A DNA stretch of 64,000 nt from the IMG/VR virus record IMGVR_UViG_3300029893_000001, positions 310,001-374,000 of that record, one strand, 5' to 3'. Shown here piece after piece: positions 9,657 through 20,411 of the stretch (positions within the stretch are counted from its first letter, which is position 1; each line of letters opens with the position of its first letter). Made by a program: the position numbers and the translations under genes. Under the pieces are notes generated by a model, which saw only the letters and a program-made list of their open reading frames with translations, made no database searches and was not told where the DNA came from.

Positions 9657-10526
9657 TCAGGCGCACATCAGCTTGATCATAGGCTGCAGAGACGAACACT
9701 CGAATTCGTTGATGAACTTCCGCAGCGCCCTCTCGTCTCCGGCTCTCTCGCGACGCTGAATCCTTACATCAGGTCGAAGCTGGACAACGCTGTACATCTT
9801 CCTGATGTGCTCCTCGTACTCGCGGAGCTTGTCTGCTGTCTTCTGAGGAACGGCGTCTAGCATCGCAAACAACTCGTCAGGGTCGGACGCTTGCTCCAAA
9901 ACCTCGCTGACGTGCTTTTTGAGCAAGCGAGGAACTCCAGGAAGTCCGTCGCTCTTATCGCCAAAGAGAGCTTTAGCTAACGTGATCGATTTTGGGGCCG
10001 CAACACCGTAGTGTTTGGCGCAGGATTTTTGGATATCCTGCTCAGAAAGCATTTCCTGGAATGAAACGATTTGGACGTTAGGGCCCCTAATCGTCCATAA
10101 ATCCTTGTCTGACGACAATACTAGGTGTAGCGCGTTCGGCTTCCTCTTCACGAACGCAGCAATAGCGTCATCTGCTTCTGCCTCAACGGGTCGTAGTTCT
10201 GTACAGCGGATGAGACTAAGCAGGCGTTTCACGTCCGGCGCAGGGTTGAATTCATGGTCTCGTTTTCTACCGGCTTTGTAGTCGGGAAACACCTCGTATC
10301 GCTGACGTTCCCCTCCTTCATAGCAGAAGACTAAGTGGCCCTGGAAGTCGCGCTTCCATTTGTAGATCGTACGGAAGAACCTAAAAACGTGTCCTGTAGG
10401 ATATCCGTCAGACCTACATAAATCAACCCCACCCTTTCCAGGCTTTGCCATCCACGACTTCCACAGAGTGTTTTGGAAGTCGACGACTACGTACCTCTCT
10501 TGGTGTTCAAGAATCCTTCTCAACAT
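9657..10526 (-). CDS. 5'-3' exonuclease / flap endonuclease (PolI N-terminal, T4 RNase H-like)
   Basis: YKAGR, EADDAIA, SSDKDL, GDKSDGLPGV. Confidence 0.93.
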   Translation of the reverse strand: MLRRILEHQERYVVVDFQNTLWKSWMAKPGKGGVDLCRSDGYPTGHVFRFFRTIYKWKRDFQGHLVFCYEGGERQRYEVFPDYKAGRKRDHEFNPAPDVKRLLSLIRCTELRPVEAEADDAIAAFVKRKPNALHLVLSSDKDLWTIRGPNVQIVSFQEMLSEQDIQKSCAKHYGVAAPKSITLAKALFGDKSDGLPGVPRLLKKHVSEVLEQASDPDELFAMLDAVPQKTADKLREYEEHIRKMYSVVQLRPDVRIQRRERAGDERALRKFINEFECSSLQPMIKLMCA

Positions 10527-10863
10527 CGTTAGCTAACTTTCGAATCACTCCGATGCTCTCGTTAACCTTTTCCCACGCAGTCTGAAGCCGTTCTTTGGTG
10601 TCCGGGTCAAGTTGTGTGCTGCATGTAGACAGAGTGTCAGAGAGAACGTCTCGGGCCATGTACAGAGTATTCTCTACATGAGAGCCATTCGGCCCTCTGG
10701 CATCATTGTACACAGCGGCCACTCGTAGCAAATCGTGGAGTGCATTCATTTCTGCCTTGTCGTACGAAGCAGCCTTTGGGCTAGAACTCCCCTCTTCAAT
10801 CCTGGTCCGAAGATGGGAAATTCTGCGCGAGAGCGCCTTCATTTTGGACTTGATATCGTGCAT
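10507..10863 (-). CDS. hypothetical protein, first gene of the replication operon
   Basis: Likely start MHDIKS at 10863, downstream of the promoter motif at 10901-10918. Confidence 0.55.
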   Translation of the reverse strand: MHDIKSKMKALSRRISHLRTRIEEGSSSPKAASYDKAEMNALHDLLRVAAVYNDARGPNGSHVENTLYMARDVLSDTLSTCSTQLDPDTKERLQTAWEKVNESIGVIRKLANDVEKDS

Positions 10864-11084
10864 TTTTGAGCCCTTTCTGCCTCCGTAGGAGGTCTTTTTC
10901 CTACTATTCATAGGGTTCGTTAACGACAAAAATCGGCCTTTTGGGGCCGCAAAGAGTGCGAAAACCTTGCGTTTCGGTGCCCCTAACGACAGCGTGAATG
11001 CTCACCCACAAGGTCATTTATAGGCGTGATCTAAGGGGTTATCTAGCCTCATTCCGACTATCCTTTTTACCGGGAAGTGCTGAG

Positions 11085-12263
11085 ATGCGACAAGATCTGA
11101 AGCTGCGACTTCAGCAAGTAGCCACAAAATTAGCGCTCGTACACCGCCTTCGAAAGGTCGCTCTGGCTACGGAAGAGGCGCTGATCGATCGCATGTCAGA
11201 GCGGTCCAAGAAGATTCTCTTGGACGTGCGCAGCAAATTCTTCCGTGCAGCCAAATACATTGAGCCCGCATTAGATGAGGCGGGTAGGACGGCCCTAAAC
11301 AAGGCGGTTAAAGAAGTAGGCAGGGTGGTCACAAATGCCGGCATAGTTGACGTGTCTGTGATCGAGGAAACCCATAATAGCCTAGACGATATGTGGAAAG
11401 AACTCTCGCGTGCCACGAGTGGCAACATTTCCGTGATGTACTTCTTCAATTCGTTTGACAGGTTTATCAAAGTCGCAATGCTAGGAGGCCTGCTTCAGAA
11501 TCACCGATTTGTGGAGCGCGCTAAGTCCGACCCTAGAGTACGGGAAAAGATTTACTCCGTAATGGAGAGGCTTGCGGAGCTTATCCCACAAGTACAATCA
11601 ATTCTGCAGAAGGCGATGGATTCTGTCAAGGTTGAGGCGCCTCCATCACAGCCCTCAAAGGAGATGAAGGATACCTCAGCGGAAGAAGCTGTCACGAATC
11701 AGCTAAGTGAAGCTGAATCACAGATGAGAGGCGTCGTTGACCAGCTTACGAAGGTCATCGTAGACAAGGCAGAAGAGTTGTTTGGCGTGGGCTCCGAGAT
11801 GGCCGAGGCGCTTGATGAGAATATCTTTGCAATCTACAACAAGCGACGAGTAAACCCTCAACTAAACCGGAATAGGAATTTCTATCAAGATGCATTGCAT
11901 CTGGAACACAGTCCGACTCACATTGATCTCGGAGAATTCCTAGACACCAAGGAAAAGAAGGCGATCTACCTTTCTTATCGGTCGTTCGTCATGGCAGCAC
12001 GGGCACTAGGTGTTGTGCAACACGCTAAAGCGAAACCCGAGCTAGTGCTGAAAAACCCGAAGCTTCGCGAGCTAGTCATCAAGGCGCAGCAAATCCTGAT
12101 GAAGCGCAAGGACACGATCGTACGATACTTGAAAGCGCTAAAGAAATCGAAAGAGGAAAAGAAGGACAAGGAGATCGGAATCCCTAAGGGGACATTCTCC
12201 GACTTCTTCGAGTCTCAGCAAGACGGCGGTACGTCCAGAGAACTTCCACGTGGCCTCTTTTGA
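11085..12263 (+). CDS. hypothetical helical protein, possibly virion-associated
   Basis: Long plus-strand ORF; likely start MRQDLKLRLQQVATKLA at 11085. Confidence 0.65.
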   Translation: MRQDLKLRLQQVATKLALVHRLRKVALATEEALIDRMSERSKKILLDVRSKFFRAAKYIEPALDEAGRTALNKAVKEVGRVVTNAGIVDVSVIEETHNSLDDMWKELSRATSGNISVMYFFNSFDRFIKVAMLGGLLQNHRFVERAKSDPRVREKIYSVMERLAELIPQVQSILQKAMDSVKVEAPPSQPSKEMKDTSAEEAVTNQLSEAESQMRGVVDQLTKVIVDKAEELFGVGSEMAEALDENIFAIYNKRRVNPQLNRNRNFYQDALHLEHSPTHIDLGEFLDTKEKKAIYLSYRSFVMAARALGVVQHAKAKPELVLKNPKLRELVIKAQQILMKRKDTIVRYLKALKKSKEEKKDKEIGIPKGTFSDFFESQQDGGTSRELPRGLF

Positions 12264-12457
12264 TGCGCTCCGCTTCTACGACGTTCCGAACGTGATAGCT
12301 CTGTAAACGGGGAGAAAGCGTACGTCGGGAACTACTCCCGACATCTCTTACGCTTAGACGGCCCTGTCCACAGGCTTATGTACTACAACAGCAGCAGCGG
12401 TTCAGAGCAGTCTGATTGTCTTGCCCCGCTTTTTGGGGCTTCTACTACGAGGATTGC

Positions 12458-13810
12458 ATGAGCAAGCCGCATCGAGGGACAACGAAGCATGTTTCTTGGA
12501 TGATCAAGAAAGTCATCGAAGTTGCAGAGAAGCTTGGTGTCCCGGTGAAGGACCTTCATCGAGACGTCTTCCTTAAGAATGCCGGGGATGACGTAACACG
12601 TACAGACATCGACGCGTGTATGGCCTGGTCTCATTTGAAGACTCTAGCCGACACGAAGAGCAAAGCGATCCATGGGCCTGTGGGAGCAGATGATCTCCCT
12701 CTCGACCCCGCTGTGCCGGATGGCTACTTTGTTAAGCAGATCTCGACTCAGCTAGACAAGGCCGGAGACATCGAACGTCAGTGGATCAAGACTCCCCTGA
12801 GTCAGGCTCCCGGCATGCTGACAGACCAAGTCCCCGAGGGACATATCATCTCGGGAGTATCGACTCTGGTTTCCGGAGATGGCAATACTCTTGCTCAGTG
12901 GGTAAAAACCAGGAAAGAATCAGAGAGTAGGGAAGAACTACTTCTTCGATTGATGCGCGAGCTTCCGACGCAGATTCCTGCGAGAGAAAGCAGCATTCCG
13001 AAGCCAACGGGCTCTCTTTCCGACGATTTGCTTGCGGTGTATCCTATGGGCGATCCCCATATCGGGATGCTGAGCTGGGCACCGGAGACGGGGGAGGACT
13101 TCGATCTAGGCAAAGCGCAGAAGGTGATGACTTCTGCGATGCAAGAATTGGTAACCAGGGGACCCCGAACCAAGCAAGCCTTGATCGTCAACCTCGGTGA
13201 TTTCTTCCACGCCGATAACGAGCAGAACAGAACATCCAGATCGGGCCATGCTCTCGACGTTGACGGCCGGTGGCCCAAGGTCCTCCAGGTTGGGATCGAA
13301 ATCATGGTATTCATGATCGATCAGGCCCTCAAGCATCATGAATCAGTTCGAGTCGTCAATGAAATTGGCAATCACGACGATCATTCTGCAATGTTCCTGA
13401 GTGTGGTTCTCAGTGCTTATTATCGAAACGAACCTCGCGTCGAAATCGATATGAGCCCCAGCCGCTTCCACTGGCATAGGTTTGGTAAGAACCTTATCGG
13501 AATCACACACGGCCACAATACAAAGCATGGTGACCTTGAGTCCATCATGGCTGCAGAGAGGGCCTCTGACTGGGGTGAAACGATTCATCGATTCTGGTAC
13601 TGCGGACACATCCACCATAGCGTCAAGAAGGAGATGCGGGGATGTGTCATCGAGTCATTCAGAACATTGGCACCAAGAGACGCCTGGGCAGCTAATGCTG
13701 GGTACCGCTCTGGCCGCGACATGAACCGCATCACTCTTCACCGTGAGTACGGCGAAGTCGGCAGAGAGATCGTGAACGCAGCCTACCTTCAGGCTCGTTA
13801 TCGAGATTGA
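12458..13810 (+). CDS. calcineurin-like metallophosphoesterase with N-terminal repeat
   Basis: GDPHIG, LGDFFH, GNHD, THGH, GHIHH; GAGG upstream of ATG 12458. Confidence 0.9.
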   Translation: MSKPHRGTTKHVSWMIKKVIEVAEKLGVPVKDLHRDVFLKNAGDDVTRTDIDACMAWSHLKTLADTKSKAIHGPVGADDLPLDPAVPDGYFVKQISTQLDKAGDIERQWIKTPLSQAPGMLTDQVPEGHIISGVSTLVSGDGNTLAQWVKTRKESESREELLLRLMRELPTQIPARESSIPKPTGSLSDDLLAVYPMGDPHIGMLSWAPETGEDFDLGKAQKVMTSAMQELVTRGPRTKQALIVNLGDFFHADNEQNRTSRSGHALDVDGRWPKVLQVGIEIMVFMIDQALKHHESVRVVNEIGNHDDHSAMFLSVVLSAYYRNEPRVEIDMSPSRFHWHRFGKNLIGITHGHNTKHGDLESIMAAERASDWGETIHRFWYCGHIHHSVKKEMRGCVIESFRTLAPRDAWAANAGYRSGRDMNRITLHREYGEVGREIVNAAYLQARYRD

Positions 13811-13812
13811 GG

Positions 13813-14439
13813 CTACCTGAGGAAGTCTTTTGCCTTCTTCAGGGCACGATTCTCTTCAAGAGTGAGAAGCTTGAACTCGGTAATCCAAACAGCCGGGTTT
13901 GCTTCCCATTTGTCCGATAATGCGCGGTACCTTGTGTTCCAGTATCGCGCAAATTGGTTCCGGATGTCGGCTTTGCCCCGCTTTCCCTTTAACGCAGAAG
14001 CAAAACCGTCGCGGTACACATCTAGCGGCCTCAGTTCCTGGATGTGCGGCTCGAAGCGATATCCGGTAATCTGAAGGCACAGTCGCGAGCATTCCTCTGG
14101 CATGCCTACGACTGGCAACCAGTCGGAATTAGGCGTCTCGCGGTTTGGGTCGATGTCTAGCCTGTACTCGGCTTGGCCGTCGTCACGGAGCCGGTACGAC
14201 TCCCGAACCCAGAGATAGTCGCCGATCTCTCCATAAGGAGCCGGGAGGCGCTTCCAGTCTTCGTCGGCTACGCTCCAGTAGCAAGGCCAGCCGTCGACCT
14301 CTTCTTGCCACTTGTTTGCTTCCTTCCGCGACAGTGCGCGAATGGTATGAGTCTTGTGGCCATTCAGCACGGCCACAATCATCTCGTCACTCAGCGCAAG
14401 CGGGGTCCCGTAAGAAAGGCCCTTATACCTCTTTCGCAT
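13813..14439 (-). CDS. ASCH/PUA-like phage protein
   Basis: GHKTHTIR, PYGEIGDYLWVRE, WEANPAVWITEF pattern. Confidence 0.75.
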   Translation of the reverse strand: MRKRYKGLSYGTPLALSDEMIVAVLNGHKTHTIRALSRKEANKWQEEVDGWPCYWSVADEDWKRLPAPYGEIGDYLWVRESYRLRDDGQAEYRLDIDPNRETPNSDWLPVVGMPEECSRLCLQITGYRFEPHIQELRPLDVYRDGFASALKGKRGKADIRNQFARYWNTRYRALSDKWEANPAVWITEFKLLTLEENRALKKAKDFLR

Positions 14440-14795
14440 ACCTGTAATATATCAGGTATTTGCGAAAGGTCTGAATTATTCCTCGGACTCGTACTTATGG
14501 CTTATCCTCCGCCCGTTCCCTTGCATTCCTAGCACGCGATTTTGTGGTATCCCATCTTGGGTGGACGAATGGGGTGAAGCCCTTTTCTTGTTGGCCACGT
14601 CCGTGTGTTTCTACAAAGCATCCTGTAACGAGAGAAGTTCTGTGGAGCACCATAAAATCCTTTCCGAACCGTAGTTCGAAAAATGCCCATTCCAAAGGTC
14701 GGACTTATTCGGCTCATAACGCGCACGAGCGGAATCCGCATCGTGGATGACCTTTCCGCCCAAAGTGTAAACCGTTATGCCAATGGCAGTGTAGG

Positions 14796-15593
14796 TCATG
14801 TTCGATCTTCTGAATTTGCTGCTACATCACGACGAGCTGTAAGGATCTCACATCCGGTTTTCGTGACTAACACAGTGTGCTCAAATTGAGCAGACAGACT
14901 TCCGTCTACGATCACAACCGTCCACTCGTCTTCAAGCATCTTTGTATGCTTTGAGCCTGCATTAATCATTGGCTCAATGGTAAAGATCATTCCGGCTTTC
15001 ATCTTTTCGCCGGCGCCCCGGGTTCCATAATGACGGACCTGAGGAGGCATGTGGAACTTGGTTCCAACACCGTGACCGACGTAGTCTTCTACTACGCTGA
15101 ATCCACGAGCATGTGCCAATTCTTGGATAGCAGCACCGATGTTTCCCAGGCGGGCACCGTCCTTTACTTCAGCAATTCCTGCCGCCAAGCACTCCCTAGC
15201 TGTCTCGACGAGGCGCTTTGTATCTTCTGACGGCGTTCCGACGTAGAACGTCAAGCTGGTGTCTCCATGAAAACCGTCTAGGATTGGTGTAACGTCTACA
15301 TTGACGATGTCACCGTCGTTCAAAACTCTAGGTCCTGGGATTCCGTGACAGACCACTTCGTTGACGCTCGTGCAAACACTCTTGGGAAACGGAACAGGTG
15401 ATGCTCCTCGATACCCTAACGGAGCGGGGTAAGCACGGCGCTCTAGCGTCCAATTATGGACCATTGTATTAATGTCGTCAGTGGTTATGCCAGGTTTGAC
15501 TTGGGGGCCCACCATAAGTAGGCAATCTGCCGCCAGTTGACAGGCAGCTCTCATCTTTTCCAGATGGACTCCAGATAGCTTCTCAAGTTTCAT
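14796..15593 (-). CDS. map: methionine aminopeptidase type I
   Basis: CTSVNEVVCHGIP, DGFHGDT, GHGVG..FH, FTIEPMIN, SAQFEHT. Confidence 0.98.
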   Translation of the reverse strand: MKLEKLSGVHLEKMRAACQLAADCLLMVGPQVKPGITTDDINTMVHNWTLERRAYPAPLGYRGASPVPFPKSVCTSVNEVVCHGIPGPRVLNDGDIVNVDVTPILDGFHGDTSLTFYVGTPSEDTKRLVETARECLAAGIAEVKDGARLGNIGAAIQELAHARGFSVVEDYVGHGVGTKFHMPPQVRHYGTRGAGEKMKAGMIFTIEPMINAGSKHTKMLEDEWTVVIVDGSLSAQFEHTVLVTKTGCEILTARRDVAANSEDRT

Positions 15594-15895
15594 GAATCCT
15601 CGGCTTTCGAGCTAAAAGTCTCCAGCGAATTGCTCGGGTAGCACTATCTCCTAGTTTGTCTCCCAATTCCCTGACAAAGCCATTTCTTCTATGCAGGAGA
15701 ATTGCCGAAACAGGAGTGTGCGTTACTAGTGTGGTTCGCCTCAGCTGAACACATTTATCACCTATAATGTGCTCAGCAGCCCAGTTGCGATCGGTTTTTG
15801 GGTGAAAAGCGAACTTCAATCGGCCAGGAACGTGGACCCAGTATGTTTCGTTAGTTACTCGTCCGTCGACCGCTGTCAGCAGTATGTAATGATTC

Positions 15896-16336
15896 CTAGA
15901 CTTCAGCTTCGGCATATACCGGAAATCCTTCCCACTCCCAGGGACCATCGTATTGTCCCTCTTCTTCTATGATAACGGCAATCGACGTAGCGGTAGCTCT
16001 TACATCTCGAATCCCAGCCCGACCAGCTAAACTCTCTCGCAGGGACTCAACTGCAGCAGTCTTAGCAAGTAGCTCATCGTCCGTAAGAGGAAGCTGCACA
16101 ATATGTTCACCGAACTGCTCGCTAACCTCGGATTCGTTCATTCTCGCAATGGAATCGAATGCCTCAATCGCCTCCCACAAGTTGTCAGCTTGGGCAACGA
16201 CACCACAGCCGGCGAGATCTCCTAAGAGAATCACCTGATCGAGTTCTTTGACGAAGAAAGCGATTCCGATGAGATTTTCGGGATTTTCAAGTAGACGATG
16301 ATACTCGTTGAGATCAGAGATCTTGCGCGTCCGCAT
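15896..16336 (-). CDS. hypothetical protein with HicB-like segment
   Basis: DLAGCGVVAQADNLWEAIEAF resembles the HicB N-terminal motif. Confidence 0.45.
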   Translation of the reverse strand: MRTRKISDLNEYHRLLENPENLIGIAFFVKELDQVILLGDLAGCGVVAQADNLWEAIEAFDSIARMNESEVSEQFGEHIVQLPLTDDELLAKTAAVESLRESLAGRAGIRDVRATATSIAVIIEEEGQYDGPWEWEGFPVYAEAEV

Positions 16337-17120
16337 AAGCCCTCGTAAACGGTTTCATGACCTTGACTGAACGGGTGATACTGTCTTGTGAGATGTCACA
16401 GCCCCAGAAGTAGCGGGAGTTTTGAAGTGCCACTTTTCCTGTAACTCCGCTACCCATAAATGGGTCGATCACTAGGTCGCCTTCTTCTGAGGAATTGGTC
16501 AGCAGAATTTTGATCAGCTCTTCTGGCTTCTCTGTGGGATAGGCGTCGGGGTGCTTTATCCGCTTCACAGGAATGACATCAGGGATAGAGCGATTTGCTA
16601 ACTGACGCGTTCCGTGAAATACCTTCCCTGGCTCTGGCTTCCAGGGTGTTCGGCCTTTCTCGAAGAAGAGAATGAATTCGTACTTAGCCCGGTAATGATA
16701 CCCCATTCCCATTACCATCTTGTCCCATACAATCCTCTTCCAGCAGTAGAAGCCTGCCTGGACGCCAACGTGCTTCAACAAGTCGGAGGTAGGATCATCA
16801 CAAAAGATATAGCAGTGTGTACGGGGTCGTAGAACACGATACAGCTCACGGCAAAGGTCGTAGAGCTTCTCGTTAGGGATTACCCCAAACCACTCGTTAT
16901 TTGACGCCTTGCTCTTGGCGAGCCGAGTTGTCGTTCCTGTGGAGCGATGCTTCTCCAGCGACTCATAAGGCGGATCAGTAATCACGAGATCGACTGACTC
17001 ATCTGGGATCTTTTTGATCCAGTCGAAAGCATCGCCTTTCGCCAGCCAGACACCCTCTGAGGTTAAGGCCGTTTTAACGAGAGAATCCATGCTTGGCATT
17101 TTACAAGCATGGATTCTCAC
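16314..17120 (-). CDS. N6-adenine/N4-cytosine DNA methyltransferase (beta class), orphan
   Basis: ITDPPY before YPTEKP and DPFMGSG; no adjacent endonuclease recognised. Confidence 0.93.
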   Translation of the reverse strand: MRIHACKMPSMDSLVKTALTSEGVWLAKGDAFDWIKKIPDESVDLVITDPPYESLEKHRSTGTTTRLAKSKASNNEWFGVIPNEKLYDLCRELYRVLRPRTHCYIFCDDPTSDLLKHVGVQAGFYCWKRIVWDKMVMGMGYHYRAKYEFILFFEKGRTPWKPEPGKVFHGTRQLANRSIPDVIPVKRIKHPDAYPTEKPEELIKILLTNSSEEGDLVIDPFMGSGVTGKVALQNSRYFWGCDISQDSITRSVKVMKPFTRAYADAQDL

Positions 17121-17583
17121 CAGAAGGAACGGTATCAGAGAAGAGGCAAATGGCCTGTTATCGGATCGATTTCGTCAACCCAAGTGGGACCCACCGCCAC
17201 CACATCCATCGATTCGCCGTCTTTCAGTTCTTTTCCATGTTTCGGTGGGCCAATGCTCGTCCTATGTCATTTCGCCTAGTCTGCAGGCGAATCATCATGT
17301 CATAGTTCTCTGCGGACATCGACTCCAAGACGGCGTCATTCTCATCCAATGTGAGATTTGCTTCCCACTGTTCGTACTCATTGAGTAGTTCAACACACTG
17401 GTCAAGCAGCCATGTATCATACGTCTGAAGTGCTGACGTGGGGGCTAGGACAATGTCCCCATTGGGTTTCGAAACGTGGACCCCGTCCTTACCATTGACC
17501 TTCTTATGCGTTCCACGAACAGTGCAGCGTTCGCCTTCATAGAACACCATGTCACCGTCTTCAAAAATCGTCTTCATGACAGC

Positions 17584-18912
17584 TCAAACCTTGTCTGTTG
17601 TGTATCCGCGCGTGGTCTTCGACAAATCGAAATTTTCGTCGATGAATGCGATTACTCGCTCTGGGTCGACGTTCGAATTGAACAGAATGTTAGGCCCGTG
17701 ATTGTCAAGCATCACAGCGTAGATCATCCCGTCGTCAGAAACAGGCACGAGCCCGGCTGCCGTGTTGTAGCCGCACTCATTCGATCCACATTCAAAGTTC
17801 CTCTGAACTCTGGTGCTTAGAAAGCTGCCCCGCTTGAGTGGACAATGGAAATGAACAACGCAGTCCAGGTCTGGATTCTTGTTGAACATGATCCACTGAG
17901 ACCGACTACCCGCGCTGGGACGTGCACCGTACGCAATAGTTTCACGCTCGTTTAGGGTAATCATGCGTACCAGTTTGATACCATCGTTGTAATTAGAGCG
18001 CCTAATGCTGCACAGAACTGATCCATCTGGCTTCCTAACAGCAAAATGACCAACACATTTGCCGTTGAATGGCTGATACGCTCCCTTCTCGACACAGAAG
18101 GAAACTACCTTGCGCAAGGCCTCAGGGACCTCTTCAGAGCCGAACTCTACAAGTTCACCTTCCTCTATCTTGCATCGGGCGAAGGTTCCCTTTGACCTCA
18201 AGCCTGCCATCTCTACTAGGTCTGAGAGCACCCTCTCCCTATCAGTGGTGACGGAGTAACGAGCTTGCTCTGGCGTGATAATCATATTCACGCGAGTGTG
18301 AACATCGTTAGCAATCACTAGATTGCAATGGGCTTCTTTGCACAGCCTTAGTCCGGCGTCGAATTGATCATCTTCTGTAGCCCCGGCGGTGGTTTTGAAT
18401 CCTACTAGGAAGATGTCTTTGCGGGTCTCGCGAATCTTGCTGATGATCTTGGCAGCGGGGTATAGAGACATTAAGTAAGACGCACTCTTGCCGTCAGTTT
18501 GACGGGTTTGAAGTCTCGGCTGGTCCTTACCTGAGTCTGTGTTGGTATACACTATACCATCAAAGTCCATACGCGAACCGGAACTAGAGGTATCCTTGAT
18601 GAATCCTTCGAAATCGCACATCGCTACAGAGAAGAAAACCATCTTCGACTCAGGATCGGCTACAATCTTTTCGACGAGCTTCTCGACATCGGAGTTGGTT
18701 TCAATCTTAGAGTCAGGCGATCCCATCTTAGTAAGATGGAGACAAACCTCCATACCTTCGAAGAGAGGGTTTGGCCAATAGGTGATCATTCTGGCAATTG
18801 CTCTAGCTGTCTTGCCGCCGGCTGGAGCCGAAAGAGCAAGATGGGGGCGCACGTGGAATAGAGTACCGCCACCAAGTACGTGAATCTTCTTCATTCGCTT
18901 AGCTCCAGACAA
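17584..18912 (-). CDS. CoaB/DFP-like domain fused to class II aldolase-like domain
   Basis: GGGT...SAPAGGKT, VAMCDF, FLVGFK, NLVIAND; C-terminal VVHFHCP, ECGS, LDNHGP. Confidence 0.75.
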   Translation of the reverse strand: MSGAKRMKKIHVLGGGTLFHVRPHLALSAPAGGKTARAIARMITYWPNPLFEGMEVCLHLTKMGSPDSKIETNSDVEKLVEKIVADPESKMVFFSVAMCDFEGFIKDTSSSGSRMDFDGIVYTNTDSGKDQPRLQTRQTDGKSASYLMSLYPAAKIISKIRETRKDIFLVGFKTTAGATEDDQFDAGLRLCKEAHCNLVIANDVHTRVNMIITPEQARYSVTTDRERVLSDLVEMAGLRSKGTFARCKIEEGELVEFGSEEVPEALRKVVSFCVEKGAYQPFNGKCVGHFAVRKPDGSVLCSIRRSNYNDGIKLVRMITLNERETIAYGARPSAGSRSQWIMFNKNPDLDCVVHFHCPLKRGSFLSTRVQRNFECGSNECGYNTAAGLVPVSDDGMIYAVMLDNHGPNILFNSNVDPERVIAFIDENFDLSKTTRGYTTDKV

Positions 18913-19798
18913 AATCAGTCGAAGACCGGGGGTTCCATCTTTTCACCGGAGTACACAACTGCCGGCTAATTTCCTGTAGATACGTCCTGCCGTATTTTCC
19001 GTCTTCTAAGGACTTTTCCAGATGGCGCGTGGAGTCATCTCGAAAGATTTCTCTCGACGCCATCCCGGCTCCGTAAGCGAGGGCAGCCACAGTGTCGGTG
19101 TCTCCGCAAAATCCAACACTCCTGACTAGGAGTGCCATCGGATCGTTAGAGGATCTTATCGCAGTTGCAGCGGCTTTGACGCAGGGAATTCCGTCAGAAG
19201 GACAGAATCCATTCCAATCGTTTCCCCACTCATACCCAGGCACGTAAGCGTCGAGGTATTCATGGAGATCTTTCTTTGGTCCTAAGCCATACCAGAAGTA
19301 GTGGTACATCAGGGCTGCGGCTGCAGCACTGTCCCTCCCCTCCTTGGTATTGTGTGTAACTGACGCCTGCAGATGCGAAAACCAAATCACCTTTTCTGGT
19401 GTGTCATAGACTCCTGCAGGCAACGCTCGCATCGCAGCCCCAGAACGACGGCTATCTGATTTGATTCTTGCGAGGAAATCCTGCGTGTCGGCGACTGTCT
19501 TCAAGAACTCGAAGAAGTGCTTAGCGTATGTTTCTCGCGGGTCTCTCTTGAAAATCCGAAGGAAGTTTTCCGCAATCTTCTCTTGTGAGAGACCGTATGG
19601 GCTGTGTCGATGCTGCAGTACAAGCTCCGCGATCGCGATCGACATCTGTGTGTCGTCCGTGTACTCACCAGGACCGTGGGGCCCCAATGCATGAGCGAAG
19701 AATGTTTCGCCCGTGTTGTTCTCTTCCACAAACATACGGGGCCGGAATTCAAATCCGGCCCCGTATGCGTCCCCTACTGCAATATCAACGAGAAGCAT
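18899..19798 (-). CDS. ADP-ribosylglycohydrolase
   Basis: AVGDAYG, YTDDTQMS, GAAMR, VTH, GDTDTVAA. Confidence 0.93.
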   Translation of the reverse strand: MLLVDIAVGDAYGAGFEFRPRMFVEENNTGETFFAHALGPHGPGEYTDDTQMSIAIAELVLQHRHSPYGLSQEKIAENFLRIFKRDPRETYAKHFFEFLKTVADTQDFLARIKSDSRRSGAAMRALPAGVYDTPEKVIWFSHLQASVTHNTKEGRDSAAAAALMYHYFWYGLGPKKDLHEYLDAYVPGYEWGNDWNGFCPSDGIPCVKAAATAIRSSNDPMALLVRSVGFCGDTDTVAALAYGAGMASREIFRDDSTRHLEKSLEDGKYGRTYLQEISRQLCTPVKRWNPRSSTDFVWS

Positions 19799-20189
19799 CG
19801 TCGTTCTCCATGAACGGTAGCTGTGTCACTTTGCTGTCCGTAGCCCCAAGCGCACGAGCCACATCATCCGGAGAGACTCGCTTCGTTGTCGGCGGCGTTA
19901 GGCGTATACCGGGCGGCGTGACTTGGGTAGAGCGCTCGTCAAGGACTTCCCGAACAATCGCACGAATGCGGTCCCGCTCTTCCTCGGCCATCCCCTTCCT
20001 CATGAACAGGTATCCAACCAACAGAGCTACTGATGAAACGAGCAGATAGTGAAGAAACGGAGTGACAACCTCCATGTCCTCAGAAGCCATAACTGCTGCA
20101 GTCATGAAAACCACCCCTGGCGCAAGGGCTAAAATGGCCCCGAAACTACGGATCCAAAGCCATCTTGAACGAACAGAGATGGGCCGCTT
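19785..20189 (-). CDS. membrane protein (two TM segments)
   Basis: Likely start MKRPIS after GAGGTG; two hydrophobic helices. Confidence 0.55.
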   Translation of the reverse strand, partial: KRPISVRSRWLWIRSFGAILALAPGVVFMTAAVMASEDMEVVTPFLHYLLVSSVALLVGYLFMRKGMAEEERDRIRAIVREVLDERSTQVTPPGIRLTPPTTKRVSPDDVARALGATDSKVTQLPFMENDDASR

Positions 20190-20411
20190 CATACTCACCT
20201 CGCTGGAGGAATGCTGCTTTGTCGTTGAGTAATTTTCTTCAACAGAGACAGCAGGAACGCAATGTCCCGAGACGGAATCCTTCGCACCGTTGATTTGGTT
20301 TGCTCCCATTCTCTAATCTCGTCTGGACTAGAGGACGGGCCGGGTCCCGTCCAATAGTATGAGATTTGTTGAACGGCCCGGCCCTCTTCAGGATTTAGTA
20401 TGGACATTCGG

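Noticed and set aside
16314-17120. Complete restriction-modification system
   Set aside because: No recognisable endonuclease adjacent; orphan methyltransferases are common in phages
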